NCBI GenBank assembly: GCA_965267575.1
Contig: OZ254086.1
Coordinates: forward strand, 3,328,001 to 3,392,000
Length of the DNA: 64,000 nt
From: Calditrichales bacterium
GTDB taxonomy: Bacteria > Calditrichota > Calditrichia > Calditrichales > J004
Reading direction: 5' to 3'
Below, in pieces: positions 19,207-30,457 of the stretch. The notes under the pieces are model-generated. The model did not search any database, had not been told where the DNA came from, and worked only from the letters and a program-made list of their open reading frames with translations. Within the stretch, counting starts at the first letter, position 1; each line of letters begins with the position of its first letter. A program made the translations under genes and the position numbers.

Positions 19207-20502
19207 GTGATAGCACGATACGCCTTACCTGAAATTGAAAAAATCTGGTCCGATGAAGAACGCTTCTCCATCTGGCTGGATATTGAAATTGCTGCCTGCG
19301 AGGCCAACAGCAGACTGGGGATTGTATCCCAGGATGATCTGAACACCATCAAAAAGAAAGCGGCCTTCAGCACAGAACGCATTCTCGAAATTGAAGAAGA
19401 AGTAAAACATGACGTGATCGCCTTCCTGACCAACGTCGCTGAATATGTTGGACCAGCCGCCCGCTACATCCACTATGGTCTTACTTCCTCAGATATCCTG
19501 GACACGGCGCTGGCTGTTCAGATGGTGCGTTCCGGACAGATGATCCTGGCCGAAGTAAGCGAACTGCAAAACGTAGTGGGGCGCCGTGCATTGGAGTTTA
19601 AAAACAGCATCATGATTGGCCGTACCCATGGCGTACACGCAGAGCCGATCACTTTTGGCTTTAAGCTGGCCGTCTGGTACGATGAACTGGGCCGCCAGAA
19701 AAGACGCCTGGAAGATGCCATTGAGAGTGTACGGGTGGGACAAATATCCGGGGCTGTCGGCACCTACGATCATCTTGATCCCAATGTGCAGGATTATGTG
19801 TGCGAGAAAATGGGTCTGCAGTCGGCAAAAATTTCCACGCAGGTGCTGCAGCGTGACCGTCACGCACATTTCATGAACACGCTGGCCCTGGTTGGCGGCA
19901 CGCTGGAAAAAATGGCCGTTGAGATACGCCACATGCAGCGCACGGAGGTGCTGGAAGCCGAAGAGAATTTCAGCAAGGGACAGAAGGGTTCATCGGCCAT
20001 GCCGCATAAAAAGAACCCAATTGTATGTGAAAGGTTGACCGGTATGGCGCGTCTGCTGCGGGCCAACGCCCATGCCGCGCTGGAAAATATTGCACTCTGG
20101 CATGAGCGCGATATTTCGCACTCTTCCGTGGAGCGTGTTATCCTGCCGGACAGTACGATGCTTTTGTATTATATGCTTAAAAAATCCATCGACCTGATCG
20201 CCAATTTGAAAGTGCATGAAGATAACATGAAGCGTAACCTGGAAAGCACGGGCGGGTTATTCAGTTCTCAGGTGGTACTGCTGGCACTGACTCGAAAAGG
20301 TATCTCCCGCGAAGAAGCCTACCGAATGGTGCAGCGCAGTGCCATGAAAGTCTGGGACGAAAAGCTGCAGTTCAGCGACGTACTTAAAAAGGACAAAGAG
20401 CTGATGGATGTTCTTTCTGACAGTGAGATCGATGAATTGTGCGACAGTGGCAACCGTCTCTCGCGCATGGATGATATTTTTAAAAAAGTGGGATTGGAGT
20501 AA
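19207..20502 (+). CDS. purB: Adenylosuccinate lyase
   Basis: HYGLTSSD, GRTHGVHAEP, GSSAMPHKKNP. Confidence 0.96.
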   Translation: MIARYALPEIEKIWSDEERFSIWLDIEIAACEANSRLGIVSQDDLNTIKKKAAFSTERILEIEEEVKHDVIAFLTNVAEYVGPAARYIHYGLTSSDILDTALAVQMVRSGQMILAEVSELQNVVGRRALEFKNSIMIGRTHGVHAEPITFGFKLAVWYDELGRQKRRLEDAIESVRVGQISGAVGTYDHLDPNVQDYVCEKMGLQSAKISTQVLQRDRHAHFMNTLALVGGTLEKMAVEIRHMQRTEVLEAEENFSKGQKGSSAMPHKKNPIVCERLTGMARLLRANAHAALENIALWHERDISHSSVERVILPDSTMLLYYMLKKSIDLIANLKVHEDNMKRNLESTGGLFSSQVVLLALTRKGISREEAYRMVQRSAMKVWDEKLQFSDVLKKDKELMDVLSDSEIDELCDSGNRLSRMDDIFKKVGLE

Positions 20503-20507
20503 AGAAA

Positions 20508-21218
20508 ATGGCTCCCGTCAAAAAGAACCTTCTCTATGAAGGCAAAGCCAAACGTGTTTACGCAACGGATGATGAAAATCTTGTCATCCAGGAGTTTAAA
20601 GACGATGCGACAGCATTTGATGGCAAGAAAAAAGGCACCATCGTTGCCAAAGGCGAAGTCAACAACCAGGTGGCGTCGCACTTGTTCGGCTACCTTGAAG
20701 GCAAAGGCATACCCACGCATTTTGTTGAGCGTTTAAGCAATCGCGAAATGCTTATTAAGCGGCTGCAGATTTTGCCTGTGGAAGTTGTTGTACGCAATGT
20801 GACGGCCGGAAGCTTTTGCAGACGCTATAAGGTTAAAGAGGCCATGGTCCTAAAGTACCCGATCATGGAATTCTTCCTCAAAAATGACGACCTGGGTGAC
20901 CCGCTTATCGCCGAATCGATGATCTATGCCATGGAGTGGGCCACCCGTGAAGAGATGCAGGAAGTGATAAAACTGACCGAAGCCATTAATACCCACTTAA
21001 GCGCCTTCTTTGAAGAACGGAAGATTAAGCTGGTAGACTTTAAGCTTGAGTTCGGCCGCCACCGGGGGAAAATCCTGCTTGGTGATGAGATCTCACCCGA
21101 TACCTGCCGTTTATGGGATATGGAGACATCCGAGAAGCTTGACAAAGACCGCTTCCGCTTTGACCTTGGTAACGTGGAAGGCGCCTACAGGGAAATTTTA
21201 AAAAGAGTGACTGAATAA
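20508..21218 (+). CDS. purC: SAICAR synthetase
   Basis: LYEGKAK, FKDDATAF, LVDFKLEFG, DEISPDTCRLWD. Confidence 0.96.
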   Translation: MAPVKKNLLYEGKAKRVYATDDENLVIQEFKDDATAFDGKKKGTIVAKGEVNNQVASHLFGYLEGKGIPTHFVERLSNREMLIKRLQILPVEVVVRNVTAGSFCRRYKVKEAMVLKYPIMEFFLKNDDLGDPLIAESMIYAMEWATREEMQEVIKLTEAINTHLSAFFEERKIKLVDFKLEFGRHRGKILLGDEISPDTCRLWDMETSEKLDKDRFRFDLGNVEGAYREILKRVTE

Positions 21219-21230
21219 GAGAGGATAAAA

Positions 21231-21875
21231 ATGATTGCCCGTGAAGGCTGGCCTGTCATTATAGTAACCGCTTTATTAGCGATTGCCTTATTTGTGATAT
21301 ATACATTTACGGATTCTGCTGTTTTTTATGCTCTGTTCTGGGTAATGACAGCGCTTGTGACTTTCCATTTTTTCTTTTTCCGCGATCCGGACCGCGCAAC
21401 ACCCCAGGGAGATAACCTGATCGTTGCTCCGGCGGATGGTACGATTGTAAAGATAGAAGAAGTTGAAGAGCCCGATTATTTTCAGGGCAAAGTTCAGAAA
21501 GTTTCCATTTTTCTTTCGGTTTTTAACGTTCACGTGAACCGTTTCCCGGTGAGTGGCAAGGTTGACCTGGTGGATTACAAAAAAGGCCGTTTTGTGGCTG
21601 CTTTTGCTGACGACGCCTCCCATGCCAATGAACAATCGATCATCGGTATCAATTCTCCTAAAGGAAAAGTATTGTTTAAGCAGATTGCCGGACTGATTGC
21701 ACGCCGTATCATTTATCATGTGCAAAAAGGCGATGACGTAAAAGGCGGCGCCCGCTTTGGTTTGATCCGCTATGGTTCGCGCGTGGATATGTTCTTTCCG
21801 CTGGATGTTAAGCTGCATGTCAGGCTAAAAGATAAGGTGCGCTGCGGCTCCACCGTGATCGGGGAGTTTGTGTGA
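21231..21875 (+). CDS. psd: Phosphatidylserine decarboxylase proenzyme
   Basis: FFRDPDR, APADG, IFLSVFNVHVNR, QIAGLIARRI, YGSRVD cleavage motif. Confidence 0.93.
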   Translation: MIAREGWPVIIVTALLAIALFVIYTFTDSAVFYALFWVMTALVTFHFFFFRDPDRATPQGDNLIVAPADGTIVKIEEVEEPDYFQGKVQKVSIFLSVFNVHVNRFPVSGKVDLVDYKKGRFVAAFADDASHANEQSIIGINSPKGKVLFKQIAGLIARRIIYHVQKGDDVKGGARFGLIRYGSRVDMFFPLDVKLHVRLKDKVRCGSTVIGEFV

Positions 21876-22624
21876 TACGCATTTCCCGCTCCGTTGTCCC
21901 CAACTTTTTTACTGTCGGCAATATGTTCGCCGGCTACATGTCTATTCTGTTCGCAGTCTACCAGCAGAATACGGTTCTGGCGGCCTGGATGATCGTGCTT
22001 GCCGCTTTCCTCGATGCCATCGACGGCAAGATCGCTCGCATTACCAATTCATCCAGTAAGTTTGGCGTGGAATACGATTCCCTCGCCGATGTCGTCAGCT
22101 TTGGTGCCGCGCCCTCTGTGCTGATCTATGAATTCTACTTTCAGAGCATGGACCTTGAGATGGTGGCCATGCTGCTCAGTTTTTTCCCGTTGCTGTTTGG
22201 CAGCATTAGGCTGGCGCGCTTTAACGTGGAATTAACCGGATTTACAAAAACACATTTCAACGGCTTGCCTTCGCCGATGTCGGCAATCTCTCTGGCCAGC
22301 TTTGTATTGTTTATCAATCACTTTTTTGAAGGCTATGTGCAGCCGCGTATCATTATTTTCCTGACACTGCTCGTTTCGCTGTTGATGGTCAGCAATGTGC
22401 GTTACAGCGTTTTTCCGCAGCTCAGCTTTCGCGGCGATCTGAAGCAAAAGATCATTTTTGCGGGATTAATTGTCACAGGTATTTTGATCTTTTTCTTCCC
22501 GTACATGTTATTATTTCCGATGATGATGATTTACGTGATGGGCGGCCTGGTTTACAGCCTTTTTAAGCGGGCGCAAGCCAGCGCGCGTTACCAGCGTATT
22601 ATAGAAAAAAGAAAAAAACAGTAA
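21872..22624 (+). CDS. pssA: CDP-diacylglycerol--serine O-phosphatidyltransferase
   Basis: DAIDGKIAR..SKFGVEYDSLADVVSFGAAP, RLARFN; adjacent to psd. Confidence 0.92.
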   Translation: MIRISRSVVPNFFTVGNMFAGYMSILFAVYQQNTVLAAWMIVLAAFLDAIDGKIARITNSSSKFGVEYDSLADVVSFGAAPSVLIYEFYFQSMDLEMVAMLLSFFPLLFGSIRLARFNVELTGFTKTHFNGLPSPMSAISLASFVLFINHFFEGYVQPRIIIFLTLLVSLLMVSNVRYSVFPQLSFRGDLKQKIIFAGLIVTGILIFFFPYMLLFPMMMIYVMGGLVYSLFKRAQASARYQRIIEKRKKQ

Positions 22625-22637
22625 AGGCAGGTGCTTT

Positions 22638-22883
22638 ATGTTTGGCATAGGTACAACAGAACTTATCGTCATTCTGTTTATTATTTTGCTTGTCTTCGGC
22701 TCCAAAAAGCTTCCCGAATTGGCTCGGGGGCTGGGCCGCGGTATTAATGAGTTTCGCCGTGCATCGCAGGAGATCCAGAACGAACTCGATATCAGTGGTA
22801 ACCTGAAAGATAAGCCCGCGCAACCGTCAAAGGGCGAGAACAAGGAACAAAAGGATACGGACAAAGAAGCAAAAGGAGAATAA
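22638..22883 (+). CDS. tatA: Twin-arginine translocase TatA
   Basis: GIGTTELIVILFIILLVFGSKKLPELARGLGRGINEFR. Confidence 0.93.
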   Translation: MFGIGTTELIVILFIILLVFGSKKLPELARGLGRGINEFRRASQEIQNELDISGNLKDKPAQPSKGENKEQKDTDKEAKGE

Positions 22884-24304
22884 TGACGGCCAGGGACGTT
22901 GTCGGTAAAATTAAAAAAGGCGAGTTGTCCGCACTTGAGCATCTGAACGCATACCTTGACCAAAGCGAAAAACGTAAGAACCTGAATGCATTTGTCCGTC
23001 TTCTGCCGGAGCGGGCGCAGCAACGGGCGCGCGATATAGATGAACGTATTAGGGATGGCAAAACCACCGGCTCACTGGCCGGTTTGGTTGTGGCCGTCAA
23101 AGATAATATCTGCATCAAGGATGAGGTGACAACTTGCGGCAGCAAGATACTCGAAGCTTACCGCTCGGCTTTTAGCGCTACGGTTGTTGAAAAACTGGAA
23201 GTACAGGACGCGGTCATTATCGGCAAAACAAACCTGGATGAATTCGCCATGGGCTCATCGAATGAGAATTCCGCCCACGGAGTGGTAAAAAATCCTTTTG
23301 ATGAAAGCAAAGTTCCCGGTGGCTCCAGCGGCGGTTCGGCCGTTGCTGTGGCCGCCGGTATGTGCGACGTAGCCCTCGGTAGCGAAACCGGTGGCTCTAT
23401 CCGTCAGCCGGCCTCTTTTACAAACACTGTAGGTGTAAAGCCCAGCTACGGCCGTGTTTCCCGCTACGGTCTGGTCGCTTTCGCTTCTTCCCTGGATCAG
23501 ATCGGCGTTTTTGCCTCAAATTCTGCGGATGCAGCTTTCGTATTGCAGCATATTGCCGGACACGATGAGCGGGATTCCACGTCGGCGCTGATAGACGTGC
23601 CGGACTATGCCACGCTTTTGTCGGGTGACATTAGCGGACTGCGTATTGGCGTACCAAAAGAGTATTTTGCACACGGCCTGGATGAGGAAATCAAAAAAGG
23701 TGTCTTAAAAATTACGGACGGGCTGGCCAAAAGAGGAGCCAGCGTAAAAGAGATATCCCTCCCTGTTTCCGATTACGCCATTGCCATGTACTACATTATC
23801 TGTACCGCGGAGGCTTCTTCCAATCTGGCCCGTTACGACGGCGTGCGCTATGGCATGCGCGTGGATTCCGGGCAGGGTTTGCATGACATGTATGCCGCTA
23901 CGCGGAGTGAGGGCTTTGGCGACGAAGTGCGCAGGCGCATCATGCTTGGTACCTATGTGCTCAGCGCGGGCTACTACGACGCATACTACAAAAAAGCGCT
24001 GCAGGCCCGTCGTCTTCTGAAACAGCAATTTGACAAGGCTTTCAGCGATGTCGATATCATAGCATCACCCACCACGCCCACGACGGCATTTGCAATCGGC
24101 GAAAAATCGGACGATCCGCTGGAAATGTATCTTTCCGATATTTATACCGTTTCGGCCAACCTGGCCGGTATCTGCGGCATCAGCGTGCCGGCGGGCAAAC
24201 ACTCCAACGGCCTGCCTTTTGGCATTCAGCTTCAGGCGGCGGCCTTTAACGAGGGAACGCTTTTTAAGACAGCCCATTTAATCGAAACCCAGGTTACAAT
24301 CTGA
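22883..24304 (+). CDS. gatA: Asp/Glu-tRNA amidotransferase subunit A
   Basis: [53 protein letters not shown]. Confidence 0.96.
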   Translation: MTARDVVGKIKKGELSALEHLNAYLDQSEKRKNLNAFVRLLPERAQQRARDIDERIRDGKTTGSLAGLVVAVKDNICIKDEVTTCGSKILEAYRSAFSATVVEKLEVQDAVIIGKTNLDEFAMGSSNENSAHGVVKNPFDESKVPGGSSGGSAVAVAAGMCDVALGSETGGSIRQPASFTNTVGVKPSYGRVSRYGLVAFASSLDQIGVFASNSADAAFVLQHIAGHDERDSTSALIDVPDYATLLSGDISGLRIGVPKEYFAHGLDEEIKKGVLKITDGLAKRGASVKEISLPVSDYAIAMYYIICTAEASSNLARYDGVRYGMRVDSGQGLHDMYAATRSEGFGDEVRRRIMLGTYVLSAGYYDAYYKKALQARRLLKQQFDKAFSDVDIIASPTTPTTAFAIGEKSDDPLEMYLSDIYTVSANLAGICGISVPAGKHSNGLPFGIQLQAAAFNEGTLFKTAHLIETQVTI

Positions 24305-24314
24305 AATACAGCTT

Positions 24315-25751
24315 ATGAAATACGAAGTGGTTATCGGACTGGAAGTTCACGCTCAACTCTCCACGGAAACGAAAATATTTTGCTCTTGCAGCACAAAATT
24401 CGGGGCCGCGCCCAACAGCCAGGTTTGTCCGGTCTGTCTGGGCATGCCGGGGGTTTTACCGGTATTGAATAAGAAAGTGGTTGAGTATGCTTTGTTGATG
24501 GGGCTGGCCACGGATTCGGAAATTACCCGGCTGAACCGTTTTGCCCGCAAAAACTATTTTTACCCCGATCTGCCCAAAGGCTACCAGATCTCGCAGTTTG
24601 AAGAACCGATCTGTCAGAATGGTCATGTTATGATACAGGTGGAAGGAGAGCAAAAACGCATTGGTGTTACACGCATACATATGGAAGAAGATGCCGGCAA
24701 GTCCGTGCATGACGAAAGCTATGTCAACCGCGATGAAACGCTGATTGACCTTAACCGTTGCGGCGTCCCGCTTATCGAGATTGTCAGCGAGCCCGATCTG
24801 CGCAGTGCGGCTGAGGCGGCGGCTTATGTTACAAAGCTGCGCCAGCTTGTGCGCTACCTGGGTATCTGCGACGGCAACATGGAAGAGGGAAGCCTGCGCT
24901 GCGACGCCAATATCAGTCTGCGCCCCTACGGCCAAAAAGAATTTGGCACCAAAACCGAATTAAAAAATATGAACTCCATCCGCAATGTGGAAAAAGCGCT
25001 GGAATATGAAATTGAACGTCAGCGCCTGCTGCTGGAAGAAGACGGAGAAGTGGTGCAGGAAACGTTGCTTTGGGACCCGCAAAAAAATATGGCGAAAAGC
25101 ATGCGCGGCAAGGAGGATTCACACGACTACCGTTATTTCCCCGATCCCGACCTGGTGCCGTTGAAAATCAGCCAGGAGTGGCTGAATGCGATTAGGGAGC
25201 GGCTTCCGGAACTGCCTGACGCGCGTCGTGAGCGCTTTGTTAAATCCTACGAGCTGCCCGAGTATGACGCTGAGGTACTGACGGCTTCCATCGATGTAGC
25301 TGATTATTTTGAAGCCGTTTGCAAACATTTCAACAATCCCAAAACGGTGAGCAACTGGGTCATGGGTGAAATACTGCGCCACATGAAGGAATCCGGCCGG
25401 GAAATCGCCGCCATTAAGGTTACACCGCAAAGACTTGGTGACTTGTTACAGGCAGTCGACAGCGGCGCCATCAGCGGAAGCGCCGCCAAAACGGTTTTTG
25501 AGAAAATGACGGATAGCGACGATTCGGTAGAAGCTTTGATTGATAAACTGGGTTTGAAGCAGATATCGGACAGCAACGAACTGGAAGACCTGGTGGAAAA
25601 AATCCTTGCAGAAAACGCCGAAGAGGCCGAGCGTTTGCGCGGTGGCGAAAAAAAGCTGCTTGGTTTTTTTGTAGGCCAGGCCATGAAAGCCTCTAAGGGA
25701 AAAGCCGACCCCAAGCAGGTAAACAAGATTCTACAGGCAAAAACAAGCTAG
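24315..25751 (+). CDS. gatB: Asp/Glu-tRNA amidotransferase subunit B
   Basis: [44 protein letters not shown]. Confidence 0.96.
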   Translation: MKYEVVIGLEVHAQLSTETKIFCSCSTKFGAAPNSQVCPVCLGMPGVLPVLNKKVVEYALLMGLATDSEITRLNRFARKNYFYPDLPKGYQISQFEEPICQNGHVMIQVEGEQKRIGVTRIHMEEDAGKSVHDESYVNRDETLIDLNRCGVPLIEIVSEPDLRSAAEAAAYVTKLRQLVRYLGICDGNMEEGSLRCDANISLRPYGQKEFGTKTELKNMNSIRNVEKALEYEIERQRLLLEEDGEVVQETLLWDPQKNMAKSMRGKEDSHDYRYFPDPDLVPLKISQEWLNAIRERLPELPDARRERFVKSYELPEYDAEVLTASIDVADYFEAVCKHFNNPKTVSNWVMGEILRHMKESGREIAAIKVTPQRLGDLLQAVDSGAISGSAAKTVFEKMTDSDDSVEALIDKLGLKQISDSNELEDLVEKILAENAEEAERLRGGEKKLLGFFVGQAMKASKGKADPKQVNKILQAKTS

Positions 25752-25755
25752 CCCT

Positions 25756-26451
25756 ATGCGGAAGCTTCTTCTTATGCTGCTTTGTGCTGCAGGACTCTGC
25801 GCCCAAAGTGTAAGCGACAGCCTCTCAGCCGACAGTTTGCGGCAACGACTGTTCAGCGGCGATTCGCTCTCTTTTCAAACCATAGCACCTGCTCAAAAGC
25901 TGCCCCAAAACCTGGTCCGCCCGCAAGCACCGCGCAGCCCGCTGGATATCGATAGGCGCGGAAGCTCCTTTTATACACCACGCTACGTTCAGGACAAAAT
26001 GGATGTTATCATGAACAGGCCACGCAGCGATTCCTTTGTGCCCATTTTTCCGATGGCTGTGATTGTAGCGCGCATTGCCATGAGCCAGATCGATGTGGAC
26101 AAGCTGTTTGAGCCTTCGGCCCGTGACTACATCATGCCTGATTCCACCTGGCAGGTTTTGGAATTGCTTTGGGAAAAATCTCCACAGACCATTGAGACAA
26201 TCTACCCCGAATTAAAAACGGATAAGCCGCAAACCGCGCGAAATTTGGAAAAACAACTGGCCCTGCTGGCTGAACGCGGTCTGCTTAAAACCCGCGTTGA
26301 TGAACAACCGCGGCGCGTCTGGTTTTTTCCAACACAAAAGCCGCAGGAAGCAGCAGCGTTATTACGGTCCGCTTTACGGGATTCTTCGTTGACTCCTGAT
26401 CAAATCAATAACATCAAAAAACGTCTTAGTGATTTCGGGGAGGGCCAATGA
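25756..26451 (+). CDS. Hypothetical protein: signal peptide plus C-terminal BlaI/MecI-like winged helix
   Basis: N-terminus MRKLLLMLLCAAGLCA-Q; aa ~126-200 WQVLELLWEKSPQT...LEKQLALLAERGLLK. Confidence 0.7.
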   Translation: MRKLLLMLLCAAGLCAQSVSDSLSADSLRQRLFSGDSLSFQTIAPAQKLPQNLVRPQAPRSPLDIDRRGSSFYTPRYVQDKMDVIMNRPRSDSFVPIFPMAVIVARIAMSQIDVDKLFEPSARDYIMPDSTWQVLELLWEKSPQTIETIYPELKTDKPQTARNLEKQLALLAERGLLKTRVDEQPRRVWFFPTQKPQEAAALLRSALRDSSLTPDQINNIKKRLSDFGEGQ

Positions 26452-27395
26452 TCCGGCCTTGCCTGATGGTGCACGGCGGTGCCTGGAACATCCCGCACAA
26501 GGCACACAAGGCCCACCTTTATGGTGTGGAAAAGGCGCTGCATGCCGGACGGGAACAGCTGGCGCGCAGTGATGATCCGTTAAAAGCGGTTATCGCGGCC
26601 ATTCACGTCCTTGAAGATGATCCGACTTTCGACGCCGGAACGGGTTCTTTCCTGAACCGCAATGCTGAAGTGGAGATGGATGCCGGGATTATGCTGGGCC
26701 GCGACCTGAGCTGTGGCGCCGTGGCGGCGATCCGCAATGTGCGCCACCCGGTGGATGCTGCAGAGTTGGTGCGAACGAAAACACAGCACGTGCTGCTGGT
26801 GGGGGAAGGGGTCTGCCAATTTGCCCGCGAGCAAAAGATGCCGCATACCGATACGGCCGAGCTGGTCGTGGGCCGCGAAAAGGAACTCTACCTCAAACTT
26901 ACAAAAATGAACAAAGTACGTATTAAATCTTTCTTTGAGCGACGCGACGCCATAACCCGCGGACGCGATACAGTGGGCTGCGTGGCCATAAACAGCAGGG
27001 GAGAAGTCGCTGCGGCCACATCAACGGGAGGCACGCCGTACAAACTGCCGGGCCGGGTTGGCGACAGTCCAATTCCGGGAGCGGGTTACTACGCCGATGA
27101 TGCGCTTGGCGCTGTATCATCCACCGGCTGGGGCGAAGGTATTTTGCGCGTTACCCTCGCACGGGACGCACTATTGCGCCTGCGGGATGGCGCTTCCGTG
27201 GAACAGGCGTTGCGCCGGGCGGTATCGGAAATGCAGGATAAAGTAGGCGGGGACGGTGGGCTGATTGCGATTGACCGCCATGGCAATCCGGCCTTTACCT
27301 TTAACACGCCTTACATGGCGGTTGGCCTGAGCAGCATTGAAAAAACAGAATTCGCCATCGTAGCCGGAAAAGATCATCCTTCATGTCTCTCCTGA
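26448..27395 (+). CDS. iaaA: Isoaspartyl peptidase / L-asparaginase (Ntn hydrolase)
   Basis: VHGGAW, LEDDPTFDAG, D-TVGCVA autocleavage site, TSTGG, GRVGDSP. Confidence 0.9.
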   Translation: MIRPCLMVHGGAWNIPHKAHKAHLYGVEKALHAGREQLARSDDPLKAVIAAIHVLEDDPTFDAGTGSFLNRNAEVEMDAGIMLGRDLSCGAVAAIRNVRHPVDAAELVRTKTQHVLLVGEGVCQFAREQKMPHTDTAELVVGREKELYLKLTKMNKVRIKSFFERRDAITRGRDTVGCVAINSRGEVAAATSTGGTPYKLPGRVGDSPIPGAGYYADDALGAVSSTGWGEGILRVTLARDALLRLRDGASVEQALRRAVSEMQDKVGGDGGLIAIDRHGNPAFTFNTPYMAVGLSSIEKTEFAIVAGKDHPSCLS

Positions 27396-28237
27396 ATTAC
27401 TGCCGTCTTGTTCGCCCGCTTAATGTAATTATCGCCTTTTTATCCGTGCTGATAGCGGCGGCTCTGTCGGTCAATTTTTCGTTTACGCTGCGTGTTCTGC
27501 TGGCGGCGTTGAGCGCTTCGCTTATAACCGCTGCTGCCAATGTGATCAATGATATTTTTGATATCGAGATCGATAAGATCAATCGTCCGCGCCGCATCCT
27601 TGCCTCGGGAAAACTGTCGCCCAAAGCAGCCATGCTTTTTTACCACCTGTTGGGGCTGGCCGGTTTGGCTTTGGCTTATGTGGGCGGATTGTATCTTTTC
27701 CTTATCGCGCTGCCGGTCCACATTCTGCTCTATTTTTACAGCGCCCGGTTTAAGGGAACCATTCTGGCAGGGAATTTTGTGGTAAGCCTGGTGACTGCAA
27801 CGGCGTTTTTATATGGCGCTTTGGCGGTAAACGATATCGCTGCCGGCATTTTTCCGGCCCTGTTCGCCTTCTTTTTTCATTTTGGCCGTGAGATCATCAA
27901 AGATATGCAGGACATCAGCGGCGATGTGCAGGGCGGCGCACTGACCTTTGCCGGAAAATTTGGCAAGAAAAACGCGACGGTTTTGGTCAATATATTATTT
28001 CTGTTTTTGACGTTTTTGCTTTTCGTACCCTACGTTCAGGGTGTATATTCCATTTACTACCTGTGGATCGTTTTGCCCGGTGTGGCCTTGGTTTTACTGG
28101 GTGTTTGTCTGCTTATGTGGTTTAAAAATGATTCGCTTTGGCTGGGCAGAATGAGTAGTTTACTCAAGGTAGATATGTTCATTGGACTAATCGCCATATA
28201 CGTTGGAAACCATTATGATCTTTTCATTAATTACTAA
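27383..28237 (+). CDS. UbiA-family prenyltransferase, DGGGP synthase-like
   Basis: RLVRPLN, NVINDIFDIEIDKINRPRR, REIIKDMQDISGD; multiple TM segments. Confidence 0.85.
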   Translation: MSLLNYCRLVRPLNVIIAFLSVLIAAALSVNFSFTLRVLLAALSASLITAAANVINDIFDIEIDKINRPRRILASGKLSPKAAMLFYHLLGLAGLALAYVGGLYLFLIALPVHILLYFYSARFKGTILAGNFVVSLVTATAFLYGALAVNDIAAGIFPALFAFFFHFGREIIKDMQDISGDVQGGALTFAGKFGKKNATVLVNILFLFLTFLLFVPYVQGVYSIYYLWIVLPGVALVLLGVCLLMWFKNDSLWLGRMSSLLKVDMFIGLIAIYVGNHYDLFINY

Positions 28238-28829
28238 TTTGGAACATCTTGATGTTGTGCTGGCATCGGCCTCTCCGCGGCGTTTTGAAATCCTCAGCCA
28301 AACCGGCATGACCTTCGTCGTAGAGCCCAGCGGCATCGATGAATCTGCATTTGAAACAAATGATGCGATCGTTTTTGCCAGTGAGGTAGCGCGGGCGAAA
28401 GGCCACAAAGTGGCGATGAAGCACCCGGAAAAGCTGGTTATTTCGGCCGATACGGTTGTGGTCTGCGATAATGAGATCATGGGCAAGCCTGTCGATCAAA
28501 AAGATGCTTACGGCATGTTGTCGCGCCTCTCCGGGAAAACGCACCTGGTTTATACAGCTTTTGGCCTTTTCCTGCAAAAATACGACAAGCAGGTATTGGC
28601 CCACGAGAGTACAGAAGTAGCCTTCAGAGAATTAAGCGATGAAGAAATTTGGGCGTACATCGGAACAGGTGAACCGGATGACAAGGCAGGCGCCTACGCG
28701 ATTCAGGGGCAGGGCGCTATGCTGGTGAAGGGGATCAACGGCTGTTTTTATAACGTAGTCGGCTTTCCGCTGACTAAATTTTTTACCACTCTGGATTTTT
28801 TTCTGCAGGGACTGGCCTTACACGAATGA
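28215..28829 (+). CDS. maf: Maf-family nucleoside triphosphate pyrophosphatase
   Basis: LASASPRR, ISADTVV, DKAGAYAIQG, NVVGFP. Confidence 0.93.
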   Translation: MIFSLITNLEHLDVVLASASPRRFEILSQTGMTFVVEPSGIDESAFETNDAIVFASEVARAKGHKVAMKHPEKLVISADTVVVCDNEIMGKPVDQKDAYGMLSRLSGKTHLVYTAFGLFLQKYDKQVLAHESTEVAFRELSDEEIWAYIGTGEPDDKAGAYAIQGQGAMLVKGINGCFYNVVGFPLTKFFTTLDFFLQGLALHE

Positions 28830-28848
28830 AGAAACGAAAGATGAACTT

Positions 28849-29208
28849 ATGCGCATTCTATTTGCTGATGATGATCCGAACTTTCAACGCATGGTGGAAC
28901 TCTATCTGCGCGATACTGAAGTTGAAATCGATTTTGCCCGTGACGGCCGCCAGGCTTTAATGGAGCTGCAGAACAACGAGTATGATATTCTTTTTACAGA
29001 CCTGCAGATGCCGCAAATGAGCGGACTTGAGCTGATTAAAGCCCTTGAAGAAAGGACAATGCCAGTTATTGTTATTTCCGCGTTTGGCCAGGAAAATCAG
29101 GCGCGCAAGGCGATAGACAATGGTGCGGACGACGTCCTGAGCAAACCGTTCACATCGGCGCAACTAAAAGAGATGATCAAAAAACACGGCAATCCCCGCC
29201 AGAGCTGA
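28849..29208 (+). CDS. Single-domain response regulator (CheY-like)
   Basis: ADDD, TDLQMPQMSG, ISA, SKPF. Confidence 0.9.
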   Translation: MRILFADDDPNFQRMVELYLRDTEVEIDFARDGRQALMELQNNEYDILFTDLQMPQMSGLELIKALEERTMPVIVISAFGQENQARKAIDNGADDVLSKPFTSAQLKEMIKKHGNPRQS

Positions 29209-29240
29209 AAACGAAAAAATAAAATGGATTTGGAGGCAGC

Positions 29241-30440
29241 ATGGGTAAGCATACACAATTCGACAAGCTGAAATTTCCCACATTGTGCGTGCATGGTTCA
29301 GGCGGGGTCGATCCGGCGACTGGCGCTGTGGGCATCCCCATTTATCAATCATCAACATTTGCTTTTGAGAACGCCAAGGCCGGCGCCGATATTTTTTCCG
29401 GTGAGCGTCAGGGTTATGTTTACACACGCATAGGCAATCCAACGCAAGAAGCCTTTGAGAGGGAGATGGCCTTTCTTGAAGGAGCTGAGGCCGCCCTGGC
29501 TTTCGGATCGGGCATGGCCGCCATTTCCAGCGTTATTCTGTCCCTGTGTCAATGTGGTGATAACTTTGTTTGCTCGGACACGCTATACGGTGGCACGCAC
29601 GAACTGTTTATGCACACTTTGCCGCGGCTTAATATCGAGGCACGCGAAGTTGATGGTACAAAAATTGAAAATATAGCGGCGGCAATAGACAAGAAAACAC
29701 GCCTGCTTTACATTGAATCGCCTGCGAACCCGACCATGACGATTATCGACATCGAGCAGTGCGTGGCCCTTGCCAGAAAGCACGGTATTCCGGTTGTCGT
29801 TGACAACACCTTTTCTACTCCTTTTTTCCAGCGTCCGCTGCAATTGGGCGCTTCGATCGTTGTGCATTCTGCTACGAAATATATTGGCGGCCACGGCGAT
29901 ACGGTTGCCGGTGTGGCTGTGGGCTATAAGGATTACATTGCTGGGCTGCGCATGGGTGTTCTGAGGGATATGGGTGGTGTGATCAGTCCGTTGAACGCCT
30001 GGCTGCTGGTACGGGGGCTTAAGACACTGGCACTGCGCATGGAGAAGCATCAGGAGAACGCTTTCCAGGTCGCCAAGTACCTTCAATTTCACCCCAAGGT
30101 CAGCAAAGTGTTTTATCCCGGTTTGCGCACACACCCGCAACACGAAATTGCTAAAAAGCAGATGAGCGGTTTTGGCGGAATGATAAGTTTTGAGGTGAAA
30201 GGCGGTCGAAAAGCGGGCGAGAAGTTAATGGACTCGGTTAATCTTTTTACCCTGGCGGTAAGCTTGGGTGATGTGGATTCGCTGATCGAGCATCCGGCTT
30301 CAATGACACATTCAACCTATTCGCCGGAGCAGCTTGCCCGGGTGGGTATTTCGGAAAGCCTTGTCCGTATCTCCGTGGGCATTGAAGATCCTGCTGATTT
30401 GATCGAAGATTTGTCTCAGGCGCTTAATAAAATTAAATAG
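29241..30440 (+). CDS. PLP-dependent trans-sulfuration enzyme (methionine gamma-lyase / cystathionine lyase family)
   Basis: [53 protein letters not shown]. Confidence 0.9.
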   Translation: MGKHTQFDKLKFPTLCVHGSGGVDPATGAVGIPIYQSSTFAFENAKAGADIFSGERQGYVYTRIGNPTQEAFEREMAFLEGAEAALAFGSGMAAISSVILSLCQCGDNFVCSDTLYGGTHELFMHTLPRLNIEAREVDGTKIENIAAAIDKKTRLLYIESPANPTMTIIDIEQCVALARKHGIPVVVDNTFSTPFFQRPLQLGASIVVHSATKYIGGHGDTVAGVAVGYKDYIAGLRMGVLRDMGGVISPLNAWLLVRGLKTLALRMEKHQENAFQVAKYLQFHPKVSKVFYPGLRTHPQHEIAKKQMSGFGGMISFEVKGGRKAGEKLMDSVNLFTLAVSLGDVDSLIEHPASMTHSTYSPEQLARVGISESLVRISVGIEDPADLIEDLSQALNKIK

Positions 30441-30457
30441 CTAAGGGAGAAGCGTAT

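Noticed and set aside
29241..30440. Specific call as megL
   Set aside because: Has LYGGT rather than the LYGCT typical of methionine gamma-lyases, so left at family level.
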